Positions 1 through 19,971 of a stretch of 64,000 nt of DNA are shown here, piece by piece (within the stretch, counting starts at the first letter, position 1; each line of letters starts with the position of its first letter). Position numbers and translations under genes: made by a program. This DNA comes from Saccharolobus solfataricus P2 (lineage in GTDB: Archaea > Thermoproteota > Thermoprotei_A > Sulfolobales > Sulfolobaceae), in assembly GCF_000007005.1 (NCBI RefSeq), contig NC_002754.1; one strand, written 5' to 3'. The notes beneath the pieces are model-generated. The model saw nothing but the letters and a program-made list of their open reading frames with translations, did not search any database and had not been told where the DNA came from.

Positions 1-256
1 CTTAAGCGTTTCGAGTGAGATTTGTTTCACTTATTCCAGTATTTTTTCCGCTACTTGTAATCCTTGTTCTTCAACGTAATTCCTCACTGTTTGTGGTGAT
101 ACGTTGTAAGCTTTGGAAACGTTTTTCCACTGAATCGTTGTGTAATGATGTCGAGACCAAGGTTTTTGTAGCTTCCTCTCCCTTCCTCCCGTGGAAGTTA
201 ATCATGGAAAGTAATTTATACACTATTTGTTGAATGTTTAATGAGGGAATTGGCAT
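1..256 (-). pseudogene. ISH3-family transposase N-terminus, frameshifted and with an in-frame stop
   Basis: MPIPSLNIQQIVYKLLSMINFHGRKGEEATKTLVSTSLHNDSVE then, after a frameshift in an A run, NVSKAYNVSPQTVRNYVEEQGLQVAEKILE*VKQISLETLK; resembles Sulfolobus ISH3-family transposase N-termini. Confidence 0.7.
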
Positions 257-410
257 ACCGTAAACCCTTATGGTAATACCGATTTTCTCGCTTTAAACCT
301 TTTTTTTCCAATTTATTGGATTCTTAATGTTGTTATAAATTTGGTTATGTTCAACAAATTTAATATTGCTCAATCAGAATTATTTTTGTAAGATGATTTT
401 GGGAATACCG
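1..410 (-). mobile_element. ISH3-family (ISC1200/ISC1225-like) insertion sequence relic, left part; runs off window start
   Basis: Decayed transposase on minus strand from 256; candidate left end CGGTATTCCCAAAATCATC starting at 410. Right end lies outside the window so TIR pairing cannot be checked. Confidence 0.55.
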
Positions 411-546
411 AGAAGGGGCGAGACTTTCAACATTTTGTAAGTCAGCATAGGGATCTCATTTTTAGTGAAAATTATGGAATGAATCAAACGTATTAAAAAA
501 TGAAATTCCCATGGTGAGATGAAGGAAAAAGTTTGTATATATATTG

Positions 547-730
547 AAGTTCTAGTCTATATCAAGGTGAGCTACTCCCTCATAAATGAGGGAGCTTCCT
601 ACTTCACAGCTCTGCCATGCCAGTACCGAAGTGCTGGTACTGGTAGAGGGCGGAGCTCCACAGGCACTAAGGATCGCTCCGACCCCGATCCACGTAAGAT
701 GTTAAGAGAAGCATTATAGTCACGATCTGC
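547..730 (-). ncRNA. Putative omegaRNA of TnpB copy 1 (scaffold overlapping tnpB 3' end plus flank-derived guide); boundaries approximate
   Basis: Hairpins CCAGTACC-N8-GGTACTGG and CCCTCAT-TT-ATGAGGG before the right end ...GCTCAC; established TnpB biology places the guide in the adjacent flank (CTTGATATAGACTAGAAC...). Confidence 0.5.
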
Positions 731-1891
731 AATCCAACCACAGTTGGAACAAACGAAAACACGATCAGATAGAGACAGATCTTCTTTTACGTACCCGCAC
801 CTAGCACAAGTTTTGGAAGTGTATGCTGGGTTGACCAGGATGAGTTTCTTACCGTATTTCTCCAACTGATACTTAATCAAATCTCTAAGCTCGCTGAACG
901 CGACGTCACTCAATCTCCTCCTCAGAGACCTTAATGACTTACCTATCAACTGCTTAACATGAATGTCCTCCATCACCACAACGTCATAATGCTCAGCAAA
1001 CCACTTACCCAACTTCATGTAAAGATCCGTTCTTAGATTCTTCAAATGCTCATAAGCCCTAGCAAGCTTAACCTTAGCCTTAAACCAATTATTAGAGAGG
1101 AATTTCTTCCTTGAAAGTTCTCTGTGTAGATGCTTCACTTTCCATAACGCCTTTTCAAGAGGTCTCAAATTAGGAAAATACTCACTATCTGACGTTACTA
1201 ACAACTTTTCTACACCAACATCTATCGCCACTACCTTACCAGTGTTAGGTAACTTGGGGAATTCGTAACCTTCTACTACGAAAGTGATGTAAATCCTCTC
1301 AGATCTTGTTAGCTTCACTACTACCCTCTTTACTTTGTCAAGGGGAAAGTCTCGGTGAACTATTACCTTGAACACACCTAGATTTGATAGTTTAAGCGTT
1401 ATTAGTTTCTTCTTGCTTCCTTTTCTTATTTCTCTAACTTGAAGTATTTTCCAACCATACTGGGGATAGACTAGGGAGTAGTATTTGTGAGGTTTCTTTT
1501 CTTTCGGGAAACGTGCTAAACCTTCGAAAAACCTCTGTCTAGCTTCGTAGTAACGGTCAGCTATTTGTTGAACTACTTGCGAGTAGACTTGCTTATACTC
1601 ATCATCTTGTTTTCTCAGATCTAGAGCCAACTGTCTTAACTCAGTTTGTGTTAGTCCTTTCCCATCCCTCTGATAGAAATAGATGTCTGCCCACCTTAAG
1701 GTGTTATATACCTCACATGCTAACTTCAACTGGGCCTTTAACGCCCTAAGGGTTTGTTCGTCAGTGTGTGCACGGAAGCGAAACCCTAAGGTGGGCATTG
1801 ATGTGTATTTCGTTATTTTCCTATTTTTAACTTTTCTACAAAGGGATCCATCTCAAAGAGAAGTTTTCCGCCCTCTTTGAACCCCCGTCTG
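567..1891 (-). mobile_element. IS200/IS605-family tnpB-only element (ISC1316-like), copy 1, 1325 bp
   Basis: Near-identical to 29331-30667; both copies follow ATTATAA, start CAGACGGGGG and end GTAGCTCAC; subterminal hairpins; no TSD, no tnpA. Junctions ambiguous by 1 bp. Confidence 0.9.
599..1798 (-). CDS. tnpB: RNA-guided endonuclease TnpB
   Basis: 399 aa; RuvC AIDVG / VVMED / DRDYNAS and zinc finger CARC...CSNC intact; CAG>TAG removes the last 9 residues seen in copy 2. Confidence 0.95.
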   Translation of the reverse strand: MPTLGFRFRAHTDEQTLRALKAQLKLACEVYNTLRWADIYFYQRDGKGLTQTELRQLALDLRKQDDEYKQVYSQVVQQIADRYYEARQRFFEGLARFPKEKKPHKYYSLVYPQYGWKILQVREIRKGSKKKLITLKLSNLGVFKVIVHRDFPLDKVKRVVVKLTRSERIYITFVVEGYEFPKLPNTGKVVAIDVGVEKLLVTSDSEYFPNLRPLEKALWKVKHLHRELSRKKFLSNNWFKAKVKLARAYEHLKNLRTDLYMKLGKWFAEHYDVVVMEDIHVKQLIGKSLRSLRRRLSDVAFSELRDLIKYQLEKYGKKLILVNPAYTSKTCARCGYVKEDLSLSDRVFVCSNCGWIADRDYNASLNILRGSGSERSLVPVELRPLPVPALRYWHGRAVK

Positions 1892-2001
1892 TTATAATTC
1901 TCCTAGGGGCTCTCCCTCTGCATTATCAACGAGTGCTGAAGCGAGCGTTTTAGCAATTGTTACTGTCTGGTGAGTGTGGACTGCAATTTCGTTCATTTGA
2001 A

Positions 2002-2131
2002 TGCTTTGTGGAGTTGTTGAATTTTAGCAAACGTTTAAGAGATCTCACAAGCCTAAATTGTAGACCTTGAGATTAATTGAAAGGAAGATAATAGTGATTT
2101 AGTTAGAAATATTCAACAGATCAACTAAGCA
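2002..2131. mobile_element. MITE, 130 bp (size suggests SM3-type)
   Basis: Imperfect ~25-bp TIRs (TGCTTTGTGGAGTTGTTGAA / TTCAACAGATCAACTAAGCA), perfect 9-bp TSD TCATTTGAA at 1993-2001 and 2132-2140; ungapped homolog at 25329-25458. Confidence 0.85.
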
Positions 2132-2428
2132 TCATTTGAAACTTAATTTAAATTCCACTAGTACTGCTTTCGTTCAATATTTCAATTGCGTAACAAAATT
2201 TCCGAGAAAGACTAAAAATTGTGATCTCTTCTCCTTGTCAACAGTTAAATCATATGTTGAATTGAAAATAAATAAATACTTTATATGATTTGTACTAAGT
2301 GAACAAAATTGTTGTTCACCCTCACCAAAATCTTGTTAATCTTAAGGTTTGATAAGTGGGAGACTTTTTTATGGTTAAGCTTCTGGATTACTGGTTAGTT
2401 TCTTATCTAATGGGTTTAAAGGGTTCTT

Positions 2429-3046
2429 TTATTGAGGTTTTTGTTGTTGCTCCGTTTGTTTTAAATAAATTTTATTCCCTATAATCATATTATTAGGTAT
2501 TAAGACTCTAGTGCCGTCAGCTTTAAGTATTGTAGTAAACAATGTACTGACATCTTCGACAATACCATCTTCGCTAACTATGTTAACGTTATCATTTACT
2601 TTAAATGGCCTAGCTACTAGTAAGAACAACCCAGCAACTGCTTGACCTAGTACTTGCTGTGATGCGAACCCTATTACTATGCCTATAAACCCTCCTAATG
2701 CAACACCGGCCGCTCCTCCAGCAACAGCACCAGCTATACTTGCAGCTAACGCGCCAATTCCAATAATTCTCATTATGTTTCTCACTGCAGCAGCAGTTGG
2801 ATGGCCGTATTTTGGAAGTAGCGAATAATAGAATATTAAGGAAATTCCGGAAACAATTAAATAACCGAATGCCAATGCCAGTAATATCTGTACGTACGAT
2901 TCGTAACTCACAGCATGTATATTGAATGATGGTAGCAACGATTCAATTATATATTTAACTATTGCACTCAAAATAACGTAAAGGATTATATAGATTATTG
3001 TTCTTACTATTGCATTTCCGACCTTTGTGGTAGTAGATTTCGCCAT
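2429..3046 (-). CDS. Small-conductance mechanosensitive channel (MscS family)
   Basis: 205 aa, TM helices then IGFASQQVLGQAVAGLFLLVARPFKVND and GIVEDV...IPN motifs. Confidence 0.9.
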   Translation of the reverse strand: MAKSTTTKVGNAIVRTIIYIILYVILSAIVKYIIESLLPSFNIHAVSYESYVQILLALAFGYLIVSGISLIFYYSLLPKYGHPTAAAVRNIMRIIGIGALAASIAGAVAGGAAGVALGGFIGIVIGFASQQVLGQAVAGLFLLVARPFKVNDNVNIVSEDGIVEDVSTLFTTILKADGTRVLIPNNMIIGNKIYLKQTEQQQKPQ

Positions 3047-3151
3047 ATTTCTCTCACCTCATTATAAGATAATAAATATAAGATAAGATATAAAAAATTT
3101 TTTATACTAAAGACTAGCTTTAGTTAGACATAAATTGCAAATAATTTATAT

Positions 3152-3736
3152 TTATTTTCGCTTCCAAAATATTCTCCATAAAATATAAATTACGATTATT
3201 ACAATTACAAGTATAAATAAATAATTCCCTAATTTCTCTGCTTGGGTTATGACAAAGTTAATTTGATTGGCCAATTGATAGCCTATTAATGCAAGTACTA
3301 TATCCCAAATAGTATGTCCTAAAAATGTAAATCCTAAGAACTTCAAAATTTTCATTTGCCCTATACCTGCAGGATATGATATTAAGGCCCTTAACCCCGG
3401 GATAAACCTAAATCCAAATACTGCCATATTACCATACCTTAAAAACCAATTATGCAATGCCTCTATCTTACCCTCATCTATTAAAATGTACTTCCCATAC
3501 CTCTTAAGGAAAGCCAGACCTAGCTTATAACCTATAATATAAGCTATTATTGAACCAACTAAACTACCTAATGTACCAACTATTACACCTAAATATAATG
3601 ATATACTGCCTAGATATGAGTAATAGCCAACCAACGGCATTATAACCTCACTAGGTAAAGGTAACCCTATACCTTCACCTATCATGAGGAGAAACAATAT
3701 TATGTAACCTCCTATACCTTGAAATACATATACCAT
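3152..3736 (-). CDS. DedA family membrane protein
   Basis: EGIGLPLPSEVIMPLVG, GSLVGS, FRFIPGLR, AGIGQM motifs; TATTTAAG about 26 bp upstream of ATG. Confidence 0.92.
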   Translation of the reverse strand: MVYVFQGIGGYIILFLLMIGEGIGLPLPSEVIMPLVGYYSYLGSISLYLGVIVGTLGSLVGSIIAYIIGYKLGLAFLKRYGKYILIDEGKIEALHNWFLRYGNMAVFGFRFIPGLRALISYPAGIGQMKILKFLGFTFLGHTIWDIVLALIGYQLANQINFVITQAEKLGNYLFILVIVIIVIYILWRIFWKRK

Positions 3737-4007
3737 TATGAGTAAGCTTTACCCTCTACCTTAAATAGTTTTCCGAGACGTCATGATGTTAAGATCACTT
3801 CTGTCCCAAAGGTTCCTCACACTACCGTAAATCCTCTCAATCTTATCAACTAGGGTGGGACAGTTTAGTCGCAAATGTCCTTCCATAGCACAATACTATA
3901 CTAAGGGTAAAAAATCAATAGAAATTTTTATTGGATATGACTGATTTATTCTAAGATATGATTAGACTACTTGTAAAGCTTTATACTATGATTTAATAGC
4001 ATATCTT

Positions 4008-4308
4008 ATGAGAGTACAAGTTAAGGGAAATTACGTTTACGTAACATTCATTATGGGATAAGCAACTGAAAAGACCAAGAAGATTTTATCCAGGTATAGC
4101 GGAAAATGTAGAAATATATAAAGAGCTGTTGAATTTTGTAAAAGAACTTAAGATTAGTAAAGAGGAAATAGAGGATTATCTAAATTATTATTTAGATAAA
4201 GAAACTAACCTAACGAAGACAGATTATGTGTTAATGTCACTTCTTATCGGTGAGATCTTTTGGAGTGGAGATTCGAAGAAACTTTCCGAAAAGCGATCAC
4301 AATCATAA
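4008..4308 (+). pseudogene. Small hypothetical gene, frameshifted (partner of downstream nucleotidyltransferase)
   Basis: TTTATAC 22 bp before ATG 4008; MRVQVKGNYVYV continues after a frameshift as HSLWDKQLKRPRRFYPG...KRSQS* (stop 4306-4308). Confidence 0.5.
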
Positions 4309-4772
4309 GAAGGTTTTATCCAGATTATGCATTGATAGGTAGATATGCTAGGAATTTCTATGCTCCTCCAGAAACAACTTTAGACATCGATTTTTTAGTT
4401 AACGTAGATGATATAGAGATACTTGCAGAGCTAATCGATTATGTAAGGTCTCAAGGTTATGAGATACATCCAGATGATATAGGTCCCTGGCAATACAAGA
4501 TAGTAATTAAGGGTATAAGAGTTGATCTAGTTAAACCTAAAGGGATAGATATAGATAACGAGATGATCTCTAAAAGGAGGGTCGTAGAATTAGTGAACTT
4601 TATATCATTTCTCCGGAGGATTTGGCTGTTCTTTATGTCGTTTCCTCCCTGAGAAGTTAGAGACTTAATAAAAACTAAGGATATTATTGTATATTCCATT
4701 TGGAGAAGGGATTTCAACGTAGACTACTTTTTAAAGAAGTGTGAAAAGAATAAAGTAAAACCATCTGCTTAG
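4260..4772 (+). pseudogene. Nucleotidyltransferase (minimal NTase-like), two frameshifts
   Basis: ALIGRYARNFYAPPETTLDIDFLV motif; ISPEDLAVLY in a second frame (~4607) and RDLIKTKDII...FNVDYFLKKCE in a third frame ending TAG 4770-4772. Confidence 0.7.
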
Positions 4773-5174
4773 AATTAATTAAATGGATAATATATCTATG
4801 AGCATTATTTGAAGTGGCTTTTTACAAGGAATGACTCATGACCATTTTCCTTTATAAGAACTTTAAGAACGATGTTTAAAAGTAAAGTGATATCGGGTAC
4901 TGCTATGATAAAGAAGAAAACAAGCTTCACCCCTTCAAAGGCCAGGGTAAGCTTGTTGGGTCGCTGAGTACTTTAAAGTGTTGCATATCACAAAATTAGA
5001 ATATCTCATGCTGGGGGCTCATACAAGTGTACTGAGATTAAGCATCTCTCGCATCCGCAATTCCCAAAAATCATATCTTCTTATTATTAGATCTCACCAA
5101 TTACTATAATATTCACATTTCTATACTTTCAAAAGTACATGGAAGGAACGATACTAGAAATTCCCCAGTTCATT

Positions 5175-6710
5175 TCATTTACCTCTACTATATTGTCTAG
5201 CTAGCAATACTCCCCCTATTAGAAAACCTATGAACGAAGCGGCAAAATAATACTCGCTGATAAATTGATAAATATTATTGATCTCGTAAATGTAACCAGA
5301 TATTCCTAATGAGACTACGAACAATAAGAAGGTAAGCTTAATCAAAGTTCTCTTTTTAAACGATATAAAAAGTAAGACAAAAGCTATTACGTCAAGTGGT
5401 AATAAGAACGCCATTTCCGGCATTGGGTATATCTCAGCATATCCCTTATAATTAGGTACTGTAGCTATGTACCCGTAATGTATAGGGTACTGTAAGGGTA
5501 ATGGGTAGGTCCAATTTGAGGGGGTTAGAATAATCGGCGCCCTAGGTTTTGTCGAGAAGTTGAAAGCTTGTAATAACCCTTGCAAGTCACTATCTTCAAC
5601 ATATTTTGTCAGCCAAGGAAGGTGCCAATTGTAATCTATAAACGCTAATAACGTATAGCCGGAAAGTGTATAATTATCGATATAGCCCTCTTTTGCGTAA
5701 GGTGAGATTATTAGTAGTGGTATTCTTTGTCCTAGTCCATAATGGTTAATTGATGGGGGAATTACTTGGTCGTAATAACCTCCGCCTTCATCAAACGTTA
5801 TGAATATTACAGTGGAGTTCCAGTATTGGCTTTCCATAACTGCATTGGTTATATTAGCTATCATAATCTCTCCAGCCGTGATGTTATGTGGTGGATGCAT
5901 ATCGTATTCATCACTCTCTCCTCCAATTAGCATGACCCAACTTACCGCTGGTAAACTACCGTTTTTTAAATCTCCAAAAAAGTTTTTCAAATCATATATA
6001 TGACTCATATTAATTTGATTAAAAGCGTCTAAAGGCCAAGGAATCCCGTTCAGTTTATAAACAAAATATCCCCAACTAACGTTATTAAGTTGTAGTTGAT
6101 ACATTATTGAATAGTTAAAGGGTATTACATTAGTAGCATCATCGCTATAAAAATTGGGGGAAAAGCCTGTTAAATATGCTATTCTATTTGGCTCAGTTAA
6201 TCCTAACACTGGAGAAAAATAGTCATCCGCTAGGACGTATTCCTCTGCGTAATCCCATAGTATCCACGTTTGCTGATAAGAGAAGTACGCCAATGACTGC
6301 GGTCCAGAGTAATAAACAAATCCTTTGTCAGTATCAAACCAATAATCGCCGTGATACGAATCCCATCCCTCATAAGGGTCTCTGGTAGAATACGCGTTTG
6401 AGTAGTAGGGATGGGAGTATGCTATTGGAAGCCACGGGATGTCCGGTACGGAAATCCAGTAAAGTACTCCATTTTTGGCTCCCTGTAATTGGGTATAGTT
6501 TTCATATAGACCATATGGATACATTAAAGATAAGGTAATGTTATTTAATATTGGAGGATACCCAAAGGGATAGGTTCCAAATAAATTATCGAATGAATGG
6601 TTTTCTTCTATTATAATTATTACGTGTCTTATTGGTGTTGTAGTATTTGCGTGAAATGTGGTGTTTATTAATAAAAGGGGAAGAAGCGTTAGAATTAACA
6701 CTCTTTTCAT
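5175..6710 (-). CDS. Secreted, C-terminally anchored phospholipase C / phosphoesterase family protein
   Basis: Signal peptide, IIEENHSFDNLFG, DMHPP, ITFDEGGGYYDQV, GQRIPLLIISPYAK motifs; C-terminal TM helices. Confidence 0.92.
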   Translation of the reverse strand: MKRVLILTLLPLLLINTTFHANTTTPIRHVIIIIEENHSFDNLFGTYPFGYPPILNNITLSLMYPYGLYENYTQLQGAKNGVLYWISVPDIPWLPIAYSHPYYSNAYSTRDPYEGWDSYHGDYWFDTDKGFVYYSGPQSLAYFSYQQTWILWDYAEEYVLADDYFSPVLGLTEPNRIAYLTGFSPNFYSDDATNVIPFNYSIMYQLQLNNVSWGYFVYKLNGIPWPLDAFNQINMSHIYDLKNFFGDLKNGSLPAVSWVMLIGGESDEYDMHPPHNITAGEIMIANITNAVMESQYWNSTVIFITFDEGGGYYDQVIPPSINHYGLGQRIPLLIISPYAKEGYIDNYTLSGYTLLAFIDYNWHLPWLTKYVEDSDLQGLLQAFNFSTKPRAPIILTPSNWTYPLPLQYPIHYGYIATVPNYKGYAEIYPMPEMAFLLPLDVIAFVLLFISFKKRTLIKLTFLLFVVSLGISGYIYEINNIYQFISEYYFAASFIGFLIGGVLLARQYSRGK

Positions 6711-6794
6711 ATATTAAAATGTAACGTATAGTTTTTAAAAGTTGCTATATAGAGTATATAGTATAAAGAGGACGCATTATGTGAAAAAGTTGAA

Positions 6795-7214
<420 letters not shown>

Positions 7215-7760
7215 CTCAACGCTGAATCTCCAGCTTCAGAATCTATCTTATGTTGAGCAGTAATCTCCGCTAATTCAACTAAACTCTTCCTTATCTCCAC
7301 TCTTATATCTCTAGGCAATGATATGGAATTGCGAATTAAAATAGTTCTCATCCCTAAGTTACTTGTAAGGATAGCGTAATCTATATGGGGAGTTATGAAA
7401 GTGATTGAACCTAATGGGGAATTAGTTTTTCTAGATATGAGGACTAAAACCTCTTTTGAGGGAAAGTATCTATTTATATCTTCTGGCGAGATTACGTCTT
7501 GTATGAATGCATCTAAGTTATATCTCACAAGGAGTAACTTAGCTTCTATTTTAGGTAAGTTAGTTATAACGTAAATCCTAGCCCTATAATTTAATTCTTC
7601 TAAATACTGTGAATCGGGAAATGGTTTAAATTTAGATATGTCGAAATCGTTGATTACAGTCTTCAATAGATCCTTAGGCGGATAGTATCTTACATTCGAG
7701 AGCGATGAAGTAAGTAGTCTATAGATTTCAATAGAGGAAAGATCAAAAATCGCGTCTAAG

Positions 7761-9256
<1,496 letters not shown>

Positions 9257-9257
<1 letters not shown>

Positions 9258-9907
9258 TAATTCACACCTAAATATTTTCTCTCGAATCTAAGAAATTTAG
9301 CTAATTCAGAACAAACAACCTTGTATATACTCGACCTTGGATCGTTAATTACGTCACTTGCCCAGTCTGGGATCCATGAAAAAATATGAGTTATTGCGAA
9401 ATTCTTCTCATCTTGTAATACTTTAAACGGGTCCTTTCCTTCACTCCTTTGCTCGTACTCTTCCTCGATAAGTAGAGACATAAATGCGAAAATTGAAGAA
9501 ATGTGATCTGGTTCGGGGTTGAATTGGGATGAGAATCTCATAACTATACCTCTGGATCTATAAAAATTTATAACGTCAGTATACTTGAAAGTGGCTACCT
9601 TCTCTCCCATCAGCTGAAATAGTCTCTTACTCTCCACTGGTAACAAGGGTTTAGCTCCAAACCCTGAAAGGAATAATGTTGAGTACTCTATTAAATACCC
9701 AGATCTTTTAGTCTCACTAAAAACCCTTTTTATCTCATTAACTCTTATCCCTATAGTTTCTTCCAATTGTTTCCCCAATTCTTTATCGACTAAGTCAATT
9801 TTTTCCAGGAGCTGTTTATACTCATCTTCTCCAAACTTATAGAGGAAAAGATCAGCGAATAAGTCGTAGGATGCGTGTCTAATATTTAACAAAACAGAGA
9901 GTGCCAA
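9257..9907 (-). CDS. TorD/DmsD-family molybdoenzyme maturation chaperone
   Basis: EYSTLF...LPVES and EPDHISSIF motifs, HIFSWIP. Confidence 0.9.
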
Positions 9908-9935
9908 TATAAATCACCATTTTTTTTTAAAAAAA

Positions 9936-10778
<843 letters not shown>

Positions 10779-10788
10779 ATTTATCACC

Positions 10789-15069
<4,281 letters not shown>

Positions 15070-15149
15070 GATATCTCTTTGTTCACTTCCGTGTGTTATT
15101 TATTTAAATATTCATTTCATTTTACCGATATTTCCAATTGTACATATTT

Positions 15150-15974
<825 letters not shown>

Positions 15975-16084
15975 ATTTTAATATATAATTATATTAGCAA
16001 AAAAGTTTATTTAAAAATATGTACGATTGAACATATCGGAAGACTGAAATGAAACTTTATTTAAATTATTAGTCAACTTTATAA

Positions 16085-17161
16085 ATGATAAAAATGGGAC
16101 TATTTACTGCACCTGAACCAGGAACGTCCTTTGGAGTACAAGCTCCCATCATCCAGATAAATCAGTATCCATTATGGGGAGAGTACGTAGCACTAGCGTT
16201 ATACTTCACTGAGATAGCAGGTATGCTAATGGCCATAATAGGTTTAATGGAAGTAACTGGAAAGTATAAAGCGTTCAATAGGAGGGCATCTGTTGCGGCT
16301 TTTATCGCATCCATTTTAGCTTTACTGTTTTTTGATATTGATTTAGGTAGACCAACTGCAGCTATACTTGCACCAGCTGAGGCTTTCTTCTATTTCGCTT
16401 TTTCCTGGATGGCTAGAGGTATAATATTTGTAGGTGGACTATTGCTTTTCTCATTCCTATACATGGTAATTTCTTTACTTGATGTAAAGAACAGATGGGC
16501 TAGGGGAGTAATAGCTATATTAGGAGTATTTGCAGGAATATTCTCCACAACTTACAGTGGGTTTGAATTAGCTTCTACAACTGGAATACCATTCTGGAAT
16601 AACGGTGGATTACCAGCACTCTATCTAGCTGATGGTGTCTTCGCTGCTAGTGGTCTTGGGTATTTAATAGCTTTAGTGGGTAAAAATGAGGAAGTTATGA
16701 GGGCTAGGGTAACACTTACTAAGGTACTATTCTATTCCAGTATTGCAATTCTGGCAACATGGTTTTTATTTCTTGCTAACGTTAATTACTTGAATGTTTT
16801 TAATCAAGTAGCTTATGAATATTTGCTATCTCAAGTTACTTTCTATATAGATATAGGATTATCTGTACTTACATTGATAATATCTGGAATAGGTTATATG
16901 TCAATAACTAGGTTCCTAATGTTCGGAATGAGGCAAAAAGCTCCAGAATCAGCCATAGGCCAAATGCCAGTAATGGATCTACCAACTGTAATTAAATATG
17001 TAGTAGTTGTAGCTGCAATATTTGCACTAGTTGCTGGTTTCCTAGCAAGAGCTGACGTATTATTTGCTGGGCAATACGCGTATCAACTATCCCCAATGAC
17101 TCCATTCCAGTCAGTTTCCAATCAACCAATTCCAATTGGTTCCTTCGGCTGGAGAAGTTGA
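16085..17161 (+). CDS. NrfD/PsrC-family membrane anchor (SreC-like)
   Basis: [35 protein letters not shown]...IPFWN motifs; about 8-10 TM helices. Confidence 0.88.
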   Translation: MIKMGLFTAPEPGTSFGVQAPIIQINQYPLWGEYVALALYFTEIAGMLMAIIGLMEVTGKYKAFNRRASVAAFIASILALLFFDIDLGRPTAAILAPAEAFFYFAFSWMARGIIFVGGLLLFSFLYMVISLLDVKNRWARGVIAILGVFAGIFSTTYSGFELASTTGIPFWNNGGLPALYLADGVFAASGLGYLIALVGKNEEVMRARVTLTKVLFYSSIAILATWFLFLANVNYLNVFNQVAYEYLLSQVTFYIDIGLSVLTLIISGIGYMSITRFLMFGMRQKAPESAIGQMPVMDLPTVIKYVVVVAAIFALVAGFLARADVLFAGQYAYQLSPMTPFQSVSNQPIPIGSFGWRS

Positions 17162-17324
17162 AAGGAATATCATTTTTCCTACTCTTTTCCAATAACAGAT
17201 TTAGCATTTTTTTAAAAAACTAAGTAATTTAAGAAGTAGTGTTAGTTGACAATAGAAACATAAAAATTTTTTTGTCCTAAATCATGATAATAAGAATATA
17301 TAAACTGACATAATATATTTATTA

Positions 17325-17950
17325 TTGATGAGTATCAAAATCCTCGACGATAGGGACACGCTAGTGTTAGAATTCTTAGTAATATATGGCTATCTAACTT
17401 CTTATAAATTAGCTAAAATCTCAGACATTCCAATGGCTACAGTATGGCGTATACTAGTTAACTTAAAATCTCTAAGTCTAGTAGCGAAACAAAAGAAGGG
17501 ATTTGCAATCACTCCACGTGGTCTGGTATTTGCATATTATTTAACAAAGAAAGAGAATATACGCTTAGAAGCTCTTCAAAAGCTTAAAGAAGCATGGAAG
17601 TATGAAGGTTCCGTAAATGAGATCAGATCATTTTTAGAAGCATTGAATCAATTTTTGAAAAAATACGAAATATCGCTAATAAGTGTTTGTTTTAATCATC
17701 CACTTTCCGTGATAAGCCTTATGTTACCCAAGGCAAAGGAATTAGATGAATTTAGTCAACGCTTACTCGCTAGATTCATACTGAGAGCGTTTCCAACAGT
17801 AGTTCTTCCTACAGGATGCAAGGCTATCGTAAGCTTTGACGAAAAAGGTGAACCTTATGCATTAGCTGCAGATTGTAAAGATGAGGGGGTGCACATATTT
17901 CACAAGTGTCCTTATATAAACAAATACTTTAGTATAGAGGTTAGACCGAG

Positions 17951-17954
<4 letters not shown>
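17325..17954 (+). CDS. Winged-helix transcriptional regulator (TrmB-like N-terminus)
   Basis: LTSYKLAKISDIPMATVWRILVNLKSLSLV...ITPRG wHTH; C-terminal Cys/His residues. Confidence 0.75.
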
Positions 17955-18838
<884 letters not shown>

Positions 18839-18850
<12 letters not shown>

Positions 18851-19834
18851 AAAAATTCTGCCATCCCTCTCTTTAGAGAATAGCTCTTTCAAAGCCTCTT
18901 TACCCTCTTCTAACTTAAATATTTTCCACGTCTTTACTTTACAATCCTTACATATGTCTAGTAACTCTATAAAGTCCTTCCTATTACCCCTATTAACGCC
19001 CAGAATGCTAATATGCTTACTGTACAATTGACTTAAATCAACCTTCACGTTACCACCTAACAATGTTCCAAAGGTGACTAACTTACCCCTGACCCCTAAA
19101 ACTGAAAAGCTCTTATCCCAGAATTGTTCTCCTAAGGAATTGATAACTACGTCAGCCATCTTACCATTTGTAATTTCCTTCACCTTTTCCTCTACCTCAT
19201 TATAGTCAACTACAAAATCGGCTCCATATCCCCTTAACCAACTCTTTCTTGATACAGCTATTACTTTTGCCCCAAACTTTTTACCTAATTGTACCAAAAA
19301 CATTCCAGTATTTCCGGATGCTCCAAATACAACTAGTGTTTGTGATGGACTCAATTGTGCTTCTTTTAATGCGTGATACGCTGTTAAAGCAGCTACAGTC
19401 AAGCTTGATCCCATCTCCCATGTATACTCATTTGGTAGCTTAAACACATACTTCTCCTCAACTGCAACATATTCAGCCCATCCACCATTAGCGTCAACTC
19501 CTATTCTTCCACCATTTCTACAAACTGTTTCATATCCAGCCATACACATGTCACAAGTTCCGTCAAATATCCTACCATAAATCGTAACTCTATCTCCAAC
19601 ACTTACACTCTTAACATGATCTCCAACTTTTACTACCTCTCCACTAAATTCAACTCCGGGAATATGTGGTATTGGGTTCACTTTCAATCTTTCAACAGTA
19701 TAATAGTCAACTGGATTTACTCCAGCTAGTTTTACTCTTATTAATACTTCATGGTTGCCTATTTCCGGGTTCTTATAGTCTGTAAACTTTAGGTTTTCTA
19801 TTCCGTTCTTATCGAATGTGAGAGCTTTCATCAC
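18839..19834 (-). CDS. Zinc-type/MDR family alcohol dehydrogenase
   Basis: GVNPVD, IPGVEFSG, CDMC..GYETVC structural Zn loop, VFGASGNTG Rossmann motif. Confidence 0.93.
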
Positions 19835-19936
19835 CTTTAACTTGGGCTTAAAGGTTAATAAGTTAACTTTAGATTGGTAAAGATAATAAGCAAAGTTAGA
19901 AGAAAAAATATATTAAACGCATCTCGTAAGATTTAA

Positions 19937-19950
19937 TCATAAGTCCAACG
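19937..19950 (+). promoter_or_regulatory. Motif TCATAAGTCCAACG, copy 1 (upstream of cbsA)
   Basis: Identical 14-mer also at 22327-22340 and 23358-23371; function unknown. Confidence 0.7.
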
Positions 19951-19971
19951 ATTTATGTTTAATATCAACAA

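Noticed and set aside
2068-2083. GAGATTAATTGAAAG, resembling the ATTGAAAG end of Sulfolobus CRISPR repeats (also reverse at ~25377 and CTTTCAATT at ~46287)
   Set aside because: No regularly spaced repeats; the first two lie inside MITEs and the rest of the repeat consensus is missing.
3761-3886. 41-aa minus-strand ORF MEGHLRLNCPTLVDKIERIYGSV...
   Set aside because: No recognisable motif, weak promoter, and its end overlaps the dedA promoter; not supportable.
4077-4323. Near-identical 17-mers AAGAAG(A/G)TTTTATCCAG at 4077-4093 and 4307-4323
   Set aside because: Both are in coding frames (RRFYP); only two copies, AT-rich; chance or trivial duplication.
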